Shown: positions 18,464 to 29,050, counted from the first letter of the stretch. The stretch is 64,000 bases of DNA from Candidatus Yanofskybacteria bacterium RIFCSPHIGHO2_01_FULL_43_32 (GCA_001794125.1 MGJF01000002.1:172514-236513); one strand, 5' to 3'. Numbers and translations: made by a program. The notes: generated by a model from the sequence alone, not told the origin.

Positions 18464-19264
18464 ATGAAGAAATCTTCTGCATATTTGACGGCGGGTGTTG
18501 TAATTGCCGCAGTTGCGGCGGGCTATTTTGTTGTTACAAAAATAATTCCTTCTATCAATAATCCGCTTCCGGAAATCACACTGACCGGATTTACGCCGGT
18601 TCCCGGTTTTACAACCAGTCCTTCGCCATTGCCTTCTCCGGACACCACCCCCAAGGCGACCGGCACAACCGAACCGGCAAGTTTAATACTGATACGCAAT
18701 GTTCCGTTTACGCCGCAGGCGCCGTTGGCAAACTGGAGCGACCCCAGACAGGAAGACGGCTGCGAGGAAGCTACTGCATTAATGGCCACGAGTTGGGCGA
18801 AAGGCAAACAATTGACTCCGGCCGGAGCAGAACGGGACATTGTTGCTATTTCTGATTATGAAGCCAAGAATTACGGCAGTTTTTATGATACCTCTGTCCA
18901 GGATATTATAGACAGAATCTATAAGGACTATTTTCGTTATAATAATGTTGAAGCAAAATACGACATTATGGCAAACGATATAAAAACAGAACTAATAAAA
19001 GGAAATTTAGTCGTCGTGCCGGCCAACGGCAGACTGCTTAACAATCCTTACTATAAGCCGCCGGGACCGCTTCGGCATATGCTGATAATCAAAGGATACG
19101 ACCCCAATACTGACGAATTTATTACCAATGACCCGGGCACCAAGAGAGGAGAGCAATACCGTTATCCCGCCCGGATTATAATGGACGCCATTTATGATTA
19201 TAAGACCGGTCACGGCGAGCCCGTTACTTCAATAATCAAGGCGATGATCGTGGTCCGTCCGTAG
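18464..19264 (+). CDS. Membrane-anchored C39-like peptidase
   Basis: VPFTPQAP, DGCEEA, HMLIIKGYD, TNDPG. Confidence 0.8.
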   Translation: MKKSSAYLTAGVVIAAVAAGYFVVTKIIPSINNPLPEITLTGFTPVPGFTTSPSPLPSPDTTPKATGTTEPASLILIRNVPFTPQAPLANWSDPRQEDGCEEATALMATSWAKGKQLTPAGAERDIVAISDYEAKNYGSFYDTSVQDIIDRIYKDYFRYNNVEAKYDIMANDIKTELIKGNLVVVPANGRLLNNPYYKPPGPLRHMLIIKGYDPNTDEFITNDPGTKRGEQYRYPARIIMDAIYDYKTGHGEPVTSIIKAMIVVRP

Positions 19265-19316
19265 TGCCAACTGCCATTGCGGTTTGTTATTGTTAAACTT
19301 AAAATAAGGACATATC

Positions 19317-20327
19317 GTGTTAATGTTTTATCTCGTTCTTGTTCTTGGGTATCTTGTCGGCTCTTTATCGCCGGGTTATTTTTTTGGCCGCTTGGTTAAG
19401 GGAATCGACATCAGGGATTATAAATACCATAACACCGGAGCGACTAACACATACTTCATTGTTGGACCTGTTTATGGCATCATTGCCGGCCTTTTTGATT
19501 TTTTAAAAACGCCGGCGGTTTATTACCTGAGTCTTAATTGGCTAAGTCCTGATACGGCTATTCTTGTCGGGTTAGCCGGAGTAGCCGGCCATATCGCGCC
19601 GTTTTATCTCGGATTCCGGGGCGGAAGAGGAGTGGCTTCATTGGCGGGGTTGTGTTTTATCGCGCTTTTTTATACGCGTTCAACGTATGCATTGTTATTG
19701 ATTGCCGGGTTTGTCGCATATAGCATCAACGTATCCGCGGTTAAAATGAAATTGCCTGTGAGGCACTTATTGAAACTCGGCGCTTTGGCATTTCCTTTAG
19801 GTTTGCTCGTGGCGCCAAAAATAACCATTATCGCGATAGTAGCCGTTCTTCTGGGAATCGCTCTTTTTGTTGACGCCGTTCGCCTGACAACCCCGTCTTT
19901 TAATGAAAAATATTTTAAATTAAAAGCGCTTGCGAGAGAAAAAGAGAAGAGGCGTTTATCGGGCTATAGTATTTTCTTGTCCAGCGCCTTTATAATAATC
20001 AGTTTGTTTTCCACGGAAATTGCGGTGGTAAGTTTGTCATTTTTTATTTTGGGCGATACCTTTGCCCCGTTCAGCAAGATAATCCGCTTCCTGCCGCAGA
20101 AGCTCATACTTGGCGAAAAAACTCTTGCCGGGGCTGTAGTTATATTTGTGATTTCTTTTGTTGCCGGACTATTTCTCCAATCTTTAACACCGCTTGTTTT
20201 GCCGCTGAAAACAATACTTATCGGGGCATCGTTAGCGGCCGTATTGGACCAATTCTCTTTTTTGTTGGACGACAATATTCTCGTTCCTCTCGGCAGCGCG
20301 ATATTGTTGAGTGCCATACAATATTAA
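19317..20327 (+). CDS. PlsY-like acyltransferase fused to a dolichol/phytol-kinase-like (CTP-dependent) membrane domain
   Basis: N-terminal GYLVGSL..NTGATN..FRGGRGVA, C-terminal GDTFA..KTLAG..DDNILVP. Confidence 0.7.
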   Translation: MLMFYLVLVLGYLVGSLSPGYFFGRLVKGIDIRDYKYHNTGATNTYFIVGPVYGIIAGLFDFLKTPAVYYLSLNWLSPDTAILVGLAGVAGHIAPFYLGFRGGRGVASLAGLCFIALFYTRSTYALLLIAGFVAYSINVSAVKMKLPVRHLLKLGALAFPLGLLVAPKITIIAIVAVLLGIALFVDAVRLTTPSFNEKYFKLKALAREKEKRRLSGYSIFLSSAFIIISLFSTEIAVVSLSFFILGDTFAPFSKIIRFLPQKLILGEKTLAGAVVIFVISFVAGLFLQSLTPLVLPLKTILIGASLAAVLDQFSFLLDDNILVPLGSAILLSAIQY

Positions 20328-20380
20328 TTCTGTTTCTGGAAAATATCGTCAGAAAATGTATAATATGCAGTGTAACTAAA

Positions 20381-20803
20381 ATGACCAGACTTATTAAGGA
20401 CAATATCTTATATATAGCTTGGATAACGGCCGTGGTTTCAATGGCGGGGAGTTTGTATTTTGGCGAGATTTTGGGTTTTACTCCCTGTGTCCTTTGCTGG
20501 TACCAGAGAATTGCCATGTATCCCCTTGTTCTGATTATTGGTGTCGGAATCATCAAGAAAGACAGGAATTTCCTTAACTATGCATTGCCACTAAGCGTAA
20601 TAGGCGGCGCTATTGCTTTTTATCAAAATTTGTTGTATTATAGTGTTATACAAGAGAGGTTAATACCCTGCACTTTTGGCATATCCTGCGTTACCAGATA
20701 TATAAATTTGCTTGGTTTTATAGACATACCCCTTCTGTCGCTATTCTCTTTTATTATCATCACGACTGCATTATTAATCCACAAAAAATCAAACCATGTC
20801 TAA
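20381..20803 (+). CDS. dsbB: Disulfide bond formation protein B (BdbC-like)
   Basis: PCVLCWYQRIAMYP and a second Cys pair. Confidence 0.9.
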   Translation: MTRLIKDNILYIAWITAVVSMAGSLYFGEILGFTPCVLCWYQRIAMYPLVLIIGVGIIKKDRNFLNYALPLSVIGGAIAFYQNLLYYSVIQERLIPCTFGISCVTRYINLLGFIDIPLLSLFSFIIITTALLIHKKSNHV

Positions 20804-21434
20804 AGAAACTAAAATTATTTCAGGCATCGGAATCCTCCTTTTCGCATTATTTGCGTTTTTAATTTACAAGACAAACACCGGATCTCAAGTCGTTGCCGAT
20901 TCTAATTTATTGATTGGCCAAATAAGCCACATGACCGGCACAAAAGATGCCAAAGTTAACGTTGTTGAATTCGGCGATTACCAATGTCCGGCTTGCGCGT
21001 ATGCCAACCCTATTGTCCGGCAGCTCGTTGAGGCGTACAAAGACAATCCGAACGCAAATTTTGTTTACAGGAATTTTCCTCTTCCCCAACACTCTAACGC
21101 CATGATTTCCGCAGAAGCAGCCGAAGCCGCGGGAGTCCAAGGAAAGTTTTGGGAGATGCACGACATGCTTTATGAAGGCCAAAAAGAATGGTCAGGAAAT
21201 CCTAAGGCCCTGGAAATATTTGCCGGATATGCCCAAAAACTCGGACTTGACGTCAAAGCGTTTACCGATGCAGTCAGTCAGGAGAAATTCAAGGATACTA
21301 TTCTCAAAGACCGCTCCGACGGCCAAGCGCTTGGCATTAACAGCACTCCAACTTTCTTTGTAAATGGAGAAAAACTAAACGGCATACCGAGCCTTGAAGA
21401 ATTTAAGAAGCTCATAGACAGTAAACTGCAATAA
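20796..21434 (+). CDS. DsbA/BdbD-like thioredoxin-fold oxidoreductase
   Basis: EFGDYQCPAC, RNFPL, STPTFFVNG. Confidence 0.9.
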   Translation: MSKETKIISGIGILLFALFAFLIYKTNTGSQVVADSNLLIGQISHMTGTKDAKVNVVEFGDYQCPACAYANPIVRQLVEAYKDNPNANFVYRNFPLPQHSNAMISAEAAEAAGVQGKFWEMHDMLYEGQKEWSGNPKALEIFAGYAQKLGLDVKAFTDAVSQEKFKDTILKDRSDGQALGINSTPTFFVNGEKLNGIPSLEEFKKLIDSKLQ

Positions 21435-21622
21435 TGCACCATCTTTTCGATGAGGAATTAGTTCGTCAATATAAAACCACAAAGGACGAACGCGTTCTGG
21501 AGGTTTTAATTAAGCGATACCTCCAGCAAATATATGGTTTCGCAAGAAATTATACAGGCAATGAAGACAATGCTTCTGATATAACTCAAGAAGTATTCGT
21601 TAAGGTCTGGAAAAATAAATAA
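21434..21622 (+). pseudogene. N-terminal fragment of an ECF sigma factor
   Basis: DEELV...LIKRY...ASDITQEVFVKVW (region 2.1-2.2) then a stop, with no region 4. Confidence 0.7.
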
Positions 21623-22300
21623 TTAAAGCCCTAAATTTTTCAGAAACATATTCAGTTCCTCTCCGCCGATAGCTCTGTGGCTGCCGGCAGGCAAGTTGCC
21701 GAGCTCTATGTTCAATATCCTTGTCCTCTTGAGATCCTTAACCTCATTGCGCAGGGCAACACACATCCTCCTGATTTGATGTTTCTTGCCCTCGGTCAGG
21801 GCTATTTTGAAAGTAAAATTGTTTAGTATTTCAACTTTGCATTTTTTTGTTTTATAGCCCTCAATATCTACGCCTGCCTCCATTTTTTGTTTGAAGTTGG
21901 GTCTCAACTTTTCTTTAATAACAACGATATATTCCTTTTCATGAGCGTATTCCGGATTCAAAAGCCGATCGGTAACTCTGCCGTCGTTGGTCAGAAGCAT
22001 CAGGCCGTGGGAGTCCTTATCTAATCGGCCTAATGGAAATATGTCTTTATTGAGAAAAATAGGCGTATCGGTCGTTTCTCCCGCTGGTTTATTGTAGGCA
22101 AAATAGAGATAGCTTTTCGGCTTCTTACTTTTTAAAACCTCCACAACATCTTTTTCGTTGACCTTGTCTCCAAGCTCTGCAAATCTTCCATTGATAAGAA
22201 CCTGCTTTTTCTGGACAAGCTCATCTCCGCCCCGGCGGGTAGAGTGTTTTTGCCAGGCAAGATACCGGTTTATTCTCATCGGAAATTTGGGATTTTTCAT
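21623..22300 (-). CDS. RsuA/RluB/RluF-family pseudouridine synthase
   Basis: S4 domain, GRLDKDSHGL, LTEGKKHQIRRM. Confidence 0.93.
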   Translation of the reverse strand: MKNPKFPMRINRYLAWQKHSTRRGGDELVQKKQVLINGRFAELGDKVNEKDVVEVLKSKKPKSYLYFAYNKPAGETTDTPIFLNKDIFPLGRLDKDSHGLMLLTNDGRVTDRLLNPEYAHEKEYIVVIKEKLRPNFKQKMEAGVDIEGYKTKKCKVEILNNFTFKIALTEGKKHQIRRMCVALRNEVKDLKRTRILNIELGNLPAGSHRAIGGEELNMFLKNLGL

Positions 22301-22378
22301 ACGCATTAGTTTACCATAAAGTTGGCATTAAATATTATTTTGGGTATAATTAGATTTAAGATTATTAAAGCCTAAGAA

Positions 22379-22621
22379 ATGCCTAAATTACTGATATTTT
22401 TATTGATTACTTTATTTTTAGTCGCACCATTAGTGGTTCTTTTGGGTTTTCATGACGATTGCTCCAGACAAGCCTGCCACATGCTAATGATTAATTTTTT
22501 TATACTGACTTCAACGATAATTGTATCTACAATATTTATAATCACACAGCTAACCAGCGAGGTGTTATTATTTGAAACACTTTATTCGACAGAAGTTTTT
22601 CTTCCGCCCCGCTTACCTTAG
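22379..22621 (+). CDS. Small membrane protein leading the copper operon
   Basis: Two TM helices with an HDDC..CHM motif, upstream TATAAT. Confidence 0.55.
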   Translation: MPKLLIFLLITLFLVAPLVVLLGFHDDCSRQACHMLMINFFILTSTIIVSTIFIITQLTSEVLLFETLYSTEVFLPPRLP

Positions 22622-22685
22622 GAGGGGGATTCTCTTTTCAGTCAGACCTAACACTTTTGTCCTAAATAGGACAATCCAAAATAAA

Positions 22686-24023
22686 ATGAATAAAAAGACA
22701 TATAACGTAAGAGGCATGCATTGTCGTTCCTGCGAAATACTCATTGAAGATAATATTATCTCAAAAGTTCAGGGAGTTAAAAAGGTGAACGTTAATCATA
22801 GAAAAGGTCTTGTCCAGGTTTACTACGACCGACAAACTCCTTCAGACGGACAAATTAGAAAGGTAGTAGAAGATGCCGGATATAGCATGGGAATAGATTC
22901 AAAGAAATCACTTTTCTCTAAGGATTCAATGATTTACATAGAGCTTCTATTTGCGGGCGGTGTTTTGCTATTTATTTATTTCTTGATGCAGATATTCGGG
23001 ATATTTAATTTGAATTACGGATTCGGCAACTCGCCGGGATTAATTGCGGTTGTTTTAATCGGTTTAACTGCCGGAATTTCTACCTGCATGGCTTTGGTTG
23101 GCGGAATTGTTCTCGGCATCTCCACCCGGCACTCTGCTCTGCATCCGGAAGCTACACCGGCTCAAAAATTTCGTCCCCATCTGTTCTTTAATGCGGGAAG
23201 ATTGTCCTCATATTTATTTTTGGGAGGAGTAATCGGCTTGGTCGGTTCGGCATTTCGTTTTTCAAGTTCAGTTCTGGGGACACTGATAGTGGTAGCGGGA
23301 ATTGCCATGTTCTTTCTCGGATTAAAACTTATTGAAGTCTTTCCGCGCTTGGAAGGTCTGGTTTTGCCTAAAAGTATCAGCCGGCTCTTCGGTGGTAACC
23401 GTGAAATTAAAGAATACAGCCACAAAGACTCTTTTCTCTCAGGAGCCGCAACATTTTTCTTGCCCTGCGGTTTTACCCAAGCGATGCAGTTATATGCGGT
23501 AAGCACCGGCAGTTTTACCAGAGGAAGTTTAATTATGGGCTTGTTTGCTTTGGGGACAATGCCGGGGCTTTTGGGTATAGGAGGAATAACATCAGCGGTA
23601 AGAGGATGGTTTAGGGGATATTTCTTTAAATTTGCGGGATTGATAGTCATAATTTTAGGATTATTGAATATTTCTTACGGCTATAATCTGACCGGAATTG
23701 CTTTTGGTGGTTTTAGTATCCAAAATCAGGATAAAATAAGCGGTACATTTGAGGACGGCAAGCAAGTTATAAGGATAACTCAATCCGTCCGCGGATACTC
23801 TCCGGATAAGATTACCGTAAAAAAGGGCATTCCTGTTAAACTATTGGTAAACGCGACAAATCTGTATTCTTGTTCGGCAAGTTTGGTGATTCCGAAGTAT
23901 AATATCTTTACCGGCCTGAAAGAAGGAATTAACGAATTTGAGTTTACACCTGAAAGCACAGGTCCGGTTAAATTCAGTTGTTCCATGGGCATGTATACGG
24001 GAGTAATAAATGTAATTAACTAA
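22686..24023 (+). CDS. HMA + DsbD_2/sulfite-exporter-like + cupredoxin heavy-metal protein
   Basis: GMHCRSC, STCMALVGG, FLPCGFTQ, FSCSMGM. Confidence 0.88.
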   Translation: MNKKTYNVRGMHCRSCEILIEDNIISKVQGVKKVNVNHRKGLVQVYYDRQTPSDGQIRKVVEDAGYSMGIDSKKSLFSKDSMIYIELLFAGGVLLFIYFLMQIFGIFNLNYGFGNSPGLIAVVLIGLTAGISTCMALVGGIVLGISTRHSALHPEATPAQKFRPHLFFNAGRLSSYLFLGGVIGLVGSAFRFSSSVLGTLIVVAGIAMFFLGLKLIEVFPRLEGLVLPKSISRLFGGNREIKEYSHKDSFLSGAATFFLPCGFTQAMQLYAVSTGSFTRGSLIMGLFALGTMPGLLGIGGITSAVRGWFRGYFFKFAGLIVIILGLLNISYGYNLTGIAFGGFSIQNQDKISGTFEDGKQVIRITQSVRGYSPDKITVKKGIPVKLLVNATNLYSCSASLVIPKYNIFTGLKEGINEFEFTPESTGPVKFSCSMGMYTGVINVIN

Positions 24024-24165
24024 TCATGTGAATCCCGCACTTATTGAGCATATGCAGCGTGATAGGTGTCGTCAAAGATGCGGGATATAATGAATTAATT
24101 AAATAATCGAGGATTGTGCATCTAAAACAGCTGCATAGGAAAGCCCAATGCTCGATAAGTGCGGG

Positions 24166-24525
24166 ATGAACGAAACAATTGTTACTATATCTGGAATTAT
24201 CGGTATAATCTTTGTGTTTTGGTTTTTCCTTATGAAAAAAGAAAAAAAAGAAGTGGCAGTCATTGGTTCCGTTGACATTATCGTTGAGGGCGGATACTCG
24301 CCGGAGGCAATATCTATTCCCAAAAATAAAACAACGAAATTAAATTTTATACGCAAAGATTCTTCAAGTTGTTTGGAAGAAGTAGTCTTGCCTGATTTTA
24401 AGATACGCAAACATCTTCCATTTAACGAAAAGGTGGTCATTGAGATTACTCCAAAGCAAACAGGAGAATTTAAGTATTCCTGTGGAATGAACATGTTTCA
24501 CGGTAAAATTATCGTAACTGATTAA
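24166..24525 (+). CDS. Cupredoxin-domain protein
   Basis: GGYSP, SSCLEE, YSCGMNMFHG. Confidence 0.88.
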   Translation: MNETIVTISGIIGIIFVFWFFLMKKEKKEVAVIGSVDIIVEGGYSPEAISIPKNKTTKLNFIRKDSSSCLEEVVLPDFKIRKHLPFNEKVVIEITPKQTGEFKYSCGMNMFHGKIIVTD

Positions 24526-24537
24526 CAAAATATCACC

Positions 24538-26862
24538 ATGAATAAAATTAAAAAAACCTTCTCAATTAAAGGGATGCACTGCGCATCCTGTGTGCTGATA
24601 ATTGAGCAATCATTAAAAAAGGTTGATGGCGTATCGGAGGCGAATGTTAACTTGGTGACTGAAAAAGCCACGGTTGCATACGATTCGGATAAGGTAACGG
24701 ACGATAAATTAAATTCAGCGGTAGCTAATGCCGGTTATAAGGCATTTATTAAAGAGGAACTTCAATCTGAAGACAAAGAGCGTGCAGAAAAACAAAAAGA
24801 ATTAAAAGATTTGAAATTTAGGGTTGTGATTAGTTTAACTCTTGGCGCGCTTGTTTTGTGGGGAGGGTTTCCGACTTTGATGGACACTTCCCCCTCAATT
24901 TTAAAGAATTTTTGGATTCAATTGCTTTTGGCAACCCCCGTTCAATTCTGGGCGGGCTGGGTTTTTTACAGAGCGGCAATTCCTGCGTTGAGGCACCGAA
25001 CCGCAAACATGGACACTCTTGTTGTTATTGGGACTACGGTTGCTTACGGCTATTCGGCTTTTGTTACAGCATTTCCACAAGTGGTTCAACGAATAGGCAC
25101 TGAACCAATGCCATACTTTGACGTGGCCACAATCATTATTGGTTTAATTCTTCTTGGGCGGTATTTTGAGGCCAAAGCCAAAGCTGGAACTTCTGAAGCC
25201 ATTAAAAAATTAATAGGGCTGCAGGCCAAAACCGCCAGAGTTGTAAGGGATAATAAAGAAATAGATATACCAATCAGCGAAGTGGTTATTGGCGATTTAA
25301 TTAGAGTACGGCCGGGAGAAAAGATACCTGTTGACGGAATGATAACCGAAGGGGATTCGTCTATTGATGAATCTATGATAACCGGAGAAAGTATGCCGGT
25401 AGACAAAAAAAACGGGGATACGGTTGTTGGCGCTACCATAAATAAAAGCGGAAGCTTTGTTTTTGAGGCAACAAAGATTGGACAAGAGACAATGCTTGCC
25501 CAAATCATCAAACTTGTTCAGGAAGCCCAAGGCAGTAAGGCTCCTATTCAGCGTCTGGCTGATTTGGTCTCTTCTTATTTTGTTCCGATTGTTATTATGT
25601 TGGCCATAGCCACATTTGTTGTGTGGTATAATTTGGGGCCTGAGCCAGCTTTGCTCTATGCCATTCTGAATACTGTCGCCGTCTTAATAATTGCTTGTCC
25701 GTGCGCGATGGGTTTGGCAACACCTACAGCCATCATGGTTGGCACCGGTAAAGGAGCGGAGCATGGCATATTAATAAAAGATGCAGAAAGCTTAGAGATT
25801 GCTCATAAGGTTAAAACGATAATCTTTGATAAAACGGGAACACTTACAAAGGGCGAACCATCGGTAACTGATGTTATTGCTTTTGATAACGGCAAAGAGA
25901 ATGAAGTTTTGCGATACGCGGCTTCTCTTGAAAAATTTTCAGAGCATCCGGTTGCCATGGCAATTGTGGCCTTTGCGGCAAGTCTTGGTAAATCATCATC
26001 TCATCCACTGGATAAAGCGATAAGAGAAAAAGCGGAGACCGAAAAAACCGAACTCTTTGCGGTAGATAAATTTAAGGCCAATACAGGAAAAGGACTGGAG
26101 GGAGAGATAATAATTGTAGGTAGTCCTAAAAAGTTTTATTTTGGAAATAGGGCTTTAATGAAAGATATATCCATTGACCTTGGCGCTCACGAAATAGAAA
26201 TAGAAAAACTGGAAAATGAGGGTAAGACGGTAATGATTTTGGCATCGGACTCCGATCTTTTGGGCGCCATTGCGGTAGCTGATACTGTTAAAGAAAATGC
26301 CCGGCAGGGGATAGAAGAACTTAAAAAACTTGGTATTGAGCCGGTAATGATTACCGGTGATAACTTTAAAACAGCTATGGCGATAGCCAATAAAGTCGGC
26401 ATTACAAGAGTTTTAGCTGAAGTGCTTCCGGACCAAAAAGAGGCTGAAGTAAAAAAAATTCAAGCTGAAAATAAAATTGTAGCTATGGTGGGCGACGGTA
26501 TAAACGATGCCCCGGCTTTAGCTCAAGCCGATGTCGGAATTGCCATGGGCACGGGAACGGACGTGGCCATAGAAGCAGCCGATATTACTCTCATCAATAA
26601 AGACCTTAAATCAGTGGCCGCTACAATCCGATTGTCCAAAATGACCATGAAAACCATAAAACTCAACCTCTTTTGGGCTTTTGGGTACAATATCATTCTT
26701 ATCCCGGTTGCTATGGGAGCTCTTTACCCATCCTTCCACATTTTGTTGAATCCGATATTTGCTTCCATCGCTATGGCTACAAGTTCGATTTCGGTTGTTT
26801 CCAGCTCGCTTTTACTCAAACGCTTCCGGTTGAATGGAACTCAAACTAAAAGTTTGGTATGA
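24538..26862 (+). CDS. copA: Cu(+)-exporting P1B-type ATPase
   Basis: [33 protein letters not shown] and MATSS. Confidence 0.95.
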   Translation: MNKIKKTFSIKGMHCASCVLIIEQSLKKVDGVSEANVNLVTEKATVAYDSDKVTDDKLNSAVANAGYKAFIKEELQSEDKERAEKQKELKDLKFRVVISLTLGALVLWGGFPTLMDTSPSILKNFWIQLLLATPVQFWAGWVFYRAAIPALRHRTANMDTLVVIGTTVAYGYSAFVTAFPQVVQRIGTEPMPYFDVATIIIGLILLGRYFEAKAKAGTSEAIKKLIGLQAKTARVVRDNKEIDIPISEVVIGDLIRVRPGEKIPVDGMITEGDSSIDESMITGESMPVDKKNGDTVVGATINKSGSFVFEATKIGQETMLAQIIKLVQEAQGSKAPIQRLADLVSSYFVPIVIMLAIATFVVWYNLGPEPALLYAILNTVAVLIIACPCAMGLATPTAIMVGTGKGAEHGILIKDAESLEIAHKVKTIIFDKTGTLTKGEPSVTDVIAFDNGKENEVLRYAASLEKFSEHPVAMAIVAFAASLGKSSSHPLDKAIREKAETEKTELFAVDKFKANTGKGLEGEIIIVGSPKKFYFGNRALMKDISIDLGAHEIEIEKLENEGKTVMILASDSDLLGAIAVADTVKENARQGIEELKKLGIEPVMITGDNFKTAMAIANKVGITRVLAEVLPDQKEAEVKKIQAENKIVAMVGDGINDAPALAQADVGIAMGTGTDVAIEAADITLINKDLKSVAATIRLSKMTMKTIKLNLFWAFGYNIILIPVAMGALYPSFHILLNPIFASIAMATSSISVVSSSLLLKRFRLNGTQTKSLV

Positions 26863-26871
26863 TATAAACAT

Positions 26872-27345
26872 ATGGATTTCTTAGCAATAATCCAAAGTAA
26901 GCCTGTTCTCATAGGTTTTCACCTTGGTTTTGCGATTGTCGGAATCGATGCGTTTTTATGGTTATTGGGAAAACTAAGAAGCGACGGGGGTTCGCAAAAA
27001 AGCACGATTGCTACGGCAGTAATCGGCGTGACTGCTTTTATCGCCAGCTGGATTGCCGGGGGATATTACTACGTGGTTTATTACGGCGGGCTTGTAAAAC
27101 CGGTTATTCAAAAGGGCCTGACGCCGTGGGCTCACAATATTATTATGGAAACCAAAGAACACGTTTTCTTGTTTATTATTCCGGTTGCGATGACCACGCT
27201 CTTCATTGCTTTGCTTGATAAAAAAGATATGGAACAGCTTAAAATTCGCCGGCTGGCATGGTTGCTTTCCGGAGCTGTTGCCGTACTGGGACTTCTTATC
27301 GGCGCGATGGGATTTATAATTTCCGCCGCAGCCCGGTGGGGATAA
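26872..27345 (+). CDS. Hypothetical membrane protein
   Basis: Four TM helices, PWAHNIIMETKEH. Confidence 0.75.
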   Translation: MDFLAIIQSKPVLIGFHLGFAIVGIDAFLWLLGKLRSDGGSQKSTIATAVIGVTAFIASWIAGGYYYVVYYGGLVKPVIQKGLTPWAHNIIMETKEHVFLFIIPVAMTTLFIALLDKKDMEQLKIRRLAWLLSGAVAVLGLLIGAMGFIISAAARWG

Positions 27346-27352
27346 AAATTTT

Positions 27353-27673
27353 ATGAATAAACCACGACTTATTTTTGCATCTGCTCTTGCGGCTATCACC
27401 ACTATCGTATTTGTGGTGGTAATTACTGTTTGGGCGGAACTTTCAATCCCGCTGAAGAATTGGCTTAAAAGTTTTTCCGGCCATCATTGGACTTCCAAAA
27501 GTATTTTTTCTGCGCTGCTGTATGCGGTCGCTACGACGATATTTTACGGGAGTTTTCGTAATCCAAGCGAAATTATTATCCGGAAGTTGTTAGTTTTTCT
27601 TTTAGTGTTTATGGTTCTCGGCATCCTTAGTATCACGGCATTTTTCACGGGACACTATTTGGGGTTTTTCTAA
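27353..27673 (+). CDS. Hypothetical membrane protein
   Basis: Three TM helices, GHHWTSKS. Confidence 0.75.
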   Translation: MNKPRLIFASALAAITTIVFVVVITVWAELSIPLKNWLKSFSGHHWTSKSIFSALLYAVATTIFYGSFRNPSEIIIRKLLVFLLVFMVLGILSITAFFTGHYLGFF

Positions 27674-27723
27674 CTTATTCATAACGGCTACGGGGGTTTA
27701 CCCTTAAAATTCAAAGTGGTAGG

Positions 27724-28743
27724 ATGTGGTCATTGATGAAAAAGCCGATAATCGTCAAAAAAAGTCCGGTAGTGATCGTCAAGAATTTTATTTTGCTTCA
27801 AATCGGAGCGATTGTCGCCTTTTTTATAGTTAGCGCGCTTGCCAACTATGCCGCAATCTACCGTTCTCTGACAATCTCTCACGCCATTTCGTTCCGTATT
27901 GCCGAGGCTTTGTTTATTTTTTCGACTGAAACGGCTATGGTATTTTTCATATTTTTCCGATGGTATAAAGAATCTTATCACATTCGCAATAACGAAATTA
28001 TTCATACCTATGGTGTTTTTTACAGCCATGAAACAACAATCCCCATGGAACCTGTTACTTCGGTAAGCTACCGTCAAAGCCCGCTCGGAAAACTTACGAA
28101 ATACGGGACAATAGAATTGACCGGCAGCAACATAAACAAGAAAATCCGGTTGAAAAACATTCCCTCTCCGGAAGAATATGTCGGCTTGATTTTAAAATTT
28201 TCCGCCAGAGGCGAATCCGCTTTTGACGGAAAGAATAAAACCGGAACGCCGCCGGTTTTAGCGGAGCTTCTTAATCATAGTGAGCACGAAAACTTGGAGT
28301 TTAAGAGTACATTCCGTTGGGACACAAGACAGAACGCGGTAAACCGCGTTCTTGAAAAATCGGCAATGAAAACCATTGCCGCATTTCTTAATTCTCGGGG
28401 CGGGCATTTGGTGATGGGAGTTGACGATAACAAAGCGGTTGTAGGATTAGCTTCGGATTTCGGCTCTCTTGTCAGGAAAGACGCCGATGGTTTTGAGAAT
28501 CATTTCACTCAAATTTTTCACAATATGATCGGTGCCGAATTCAGGCAGTTTGTGAAATTGAATTGGTCGCAAGCGGACGGCAAAGAATGCTGTATTATAA
28601 GCGTTTCACCAAGCCACAAACCGGTATATTTAAAAAGCGATAACAGTAACGAAGAGTTTTATATCAGAACCGGCAACGGAACTACGGCTCTAAAATTATC
28701 CGAGACCAACGCCTATATCGACTCCCGTCGGAACAGGTTTTAA
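27724..28743 (+). CDS. Membrane bPH_2 domain fused to an AlbA_2 (Schlafen-like) domain
   Basis: Two TM helices, QSPLGKLTKYGTIEL, then EHENLEFKST..IAAFLNSRGGHLVMGVDD..FYIRTGNGT. Confidence 0.8.
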   Translation: MWSLMKKPIIVKKSPVVIVKNFILLQIGAIVAFFIVSALANYAAIYRSLTISHAISFRIAEALFIFSTETAMVFFIFFRWYKESYHIRNNEIIHTYGVFYSHETTIPMEPVTSVSYRQSPLGKLTKYGTIELTGSNINKKIRLKNIPSPEEYVGLILKFSARGESAFDGKNKTGTPPVLAELLNHSEHENLEFKSTFRWDTRQNAVNRVLEKSAMKTIAAFLNSRGGHLVMGVDDNKAVVGLASDFGSLVRKDADGFENHFTQIFHNMIGAEFRQFVKLNWSQADGKECCIISVSPSHKPVYLKSDNSNEEFYIRTGNGTTALKLSETNAYIDSRRNRF

Positions 28744-28752
28744 TAAATTTTA

Positions 28753-28877
28753 TAGTTCACACAAGCTCTATGCGTACGGAGGGAGACGCCTTTTTAAAAA
28801 TTTACTAATTTTGTAAAAAGTGTCTCCCTCCGCCGGTTGCTTAAGTGGTTGGTGGCAACTGGCAATAAAAGTTCAAA
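28753..28877 (-). repeat. Dispersed structured repeat, copy 2
   Basis: Reverse complement aligns with 7331-7453, with compensatory stem changes. Confidence 0.85.
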
Positions 28878-29050
28878 CTCTCTTCGAAACTGGCTTAAAA
28901 AGCCAGTTTTTGGTCTTGCAATTTCATTTTGAGTGTGGTATAATTAAATAGTTAGTAATCCGTTCTTTTCATTTTTGGAGGTGTGATGAGAGGTTTCTTT
29001 TTCTTCTTTATCTTCGGTCTGTTGAGCGGAAAAAAAAGAGGAGGTAGAGA

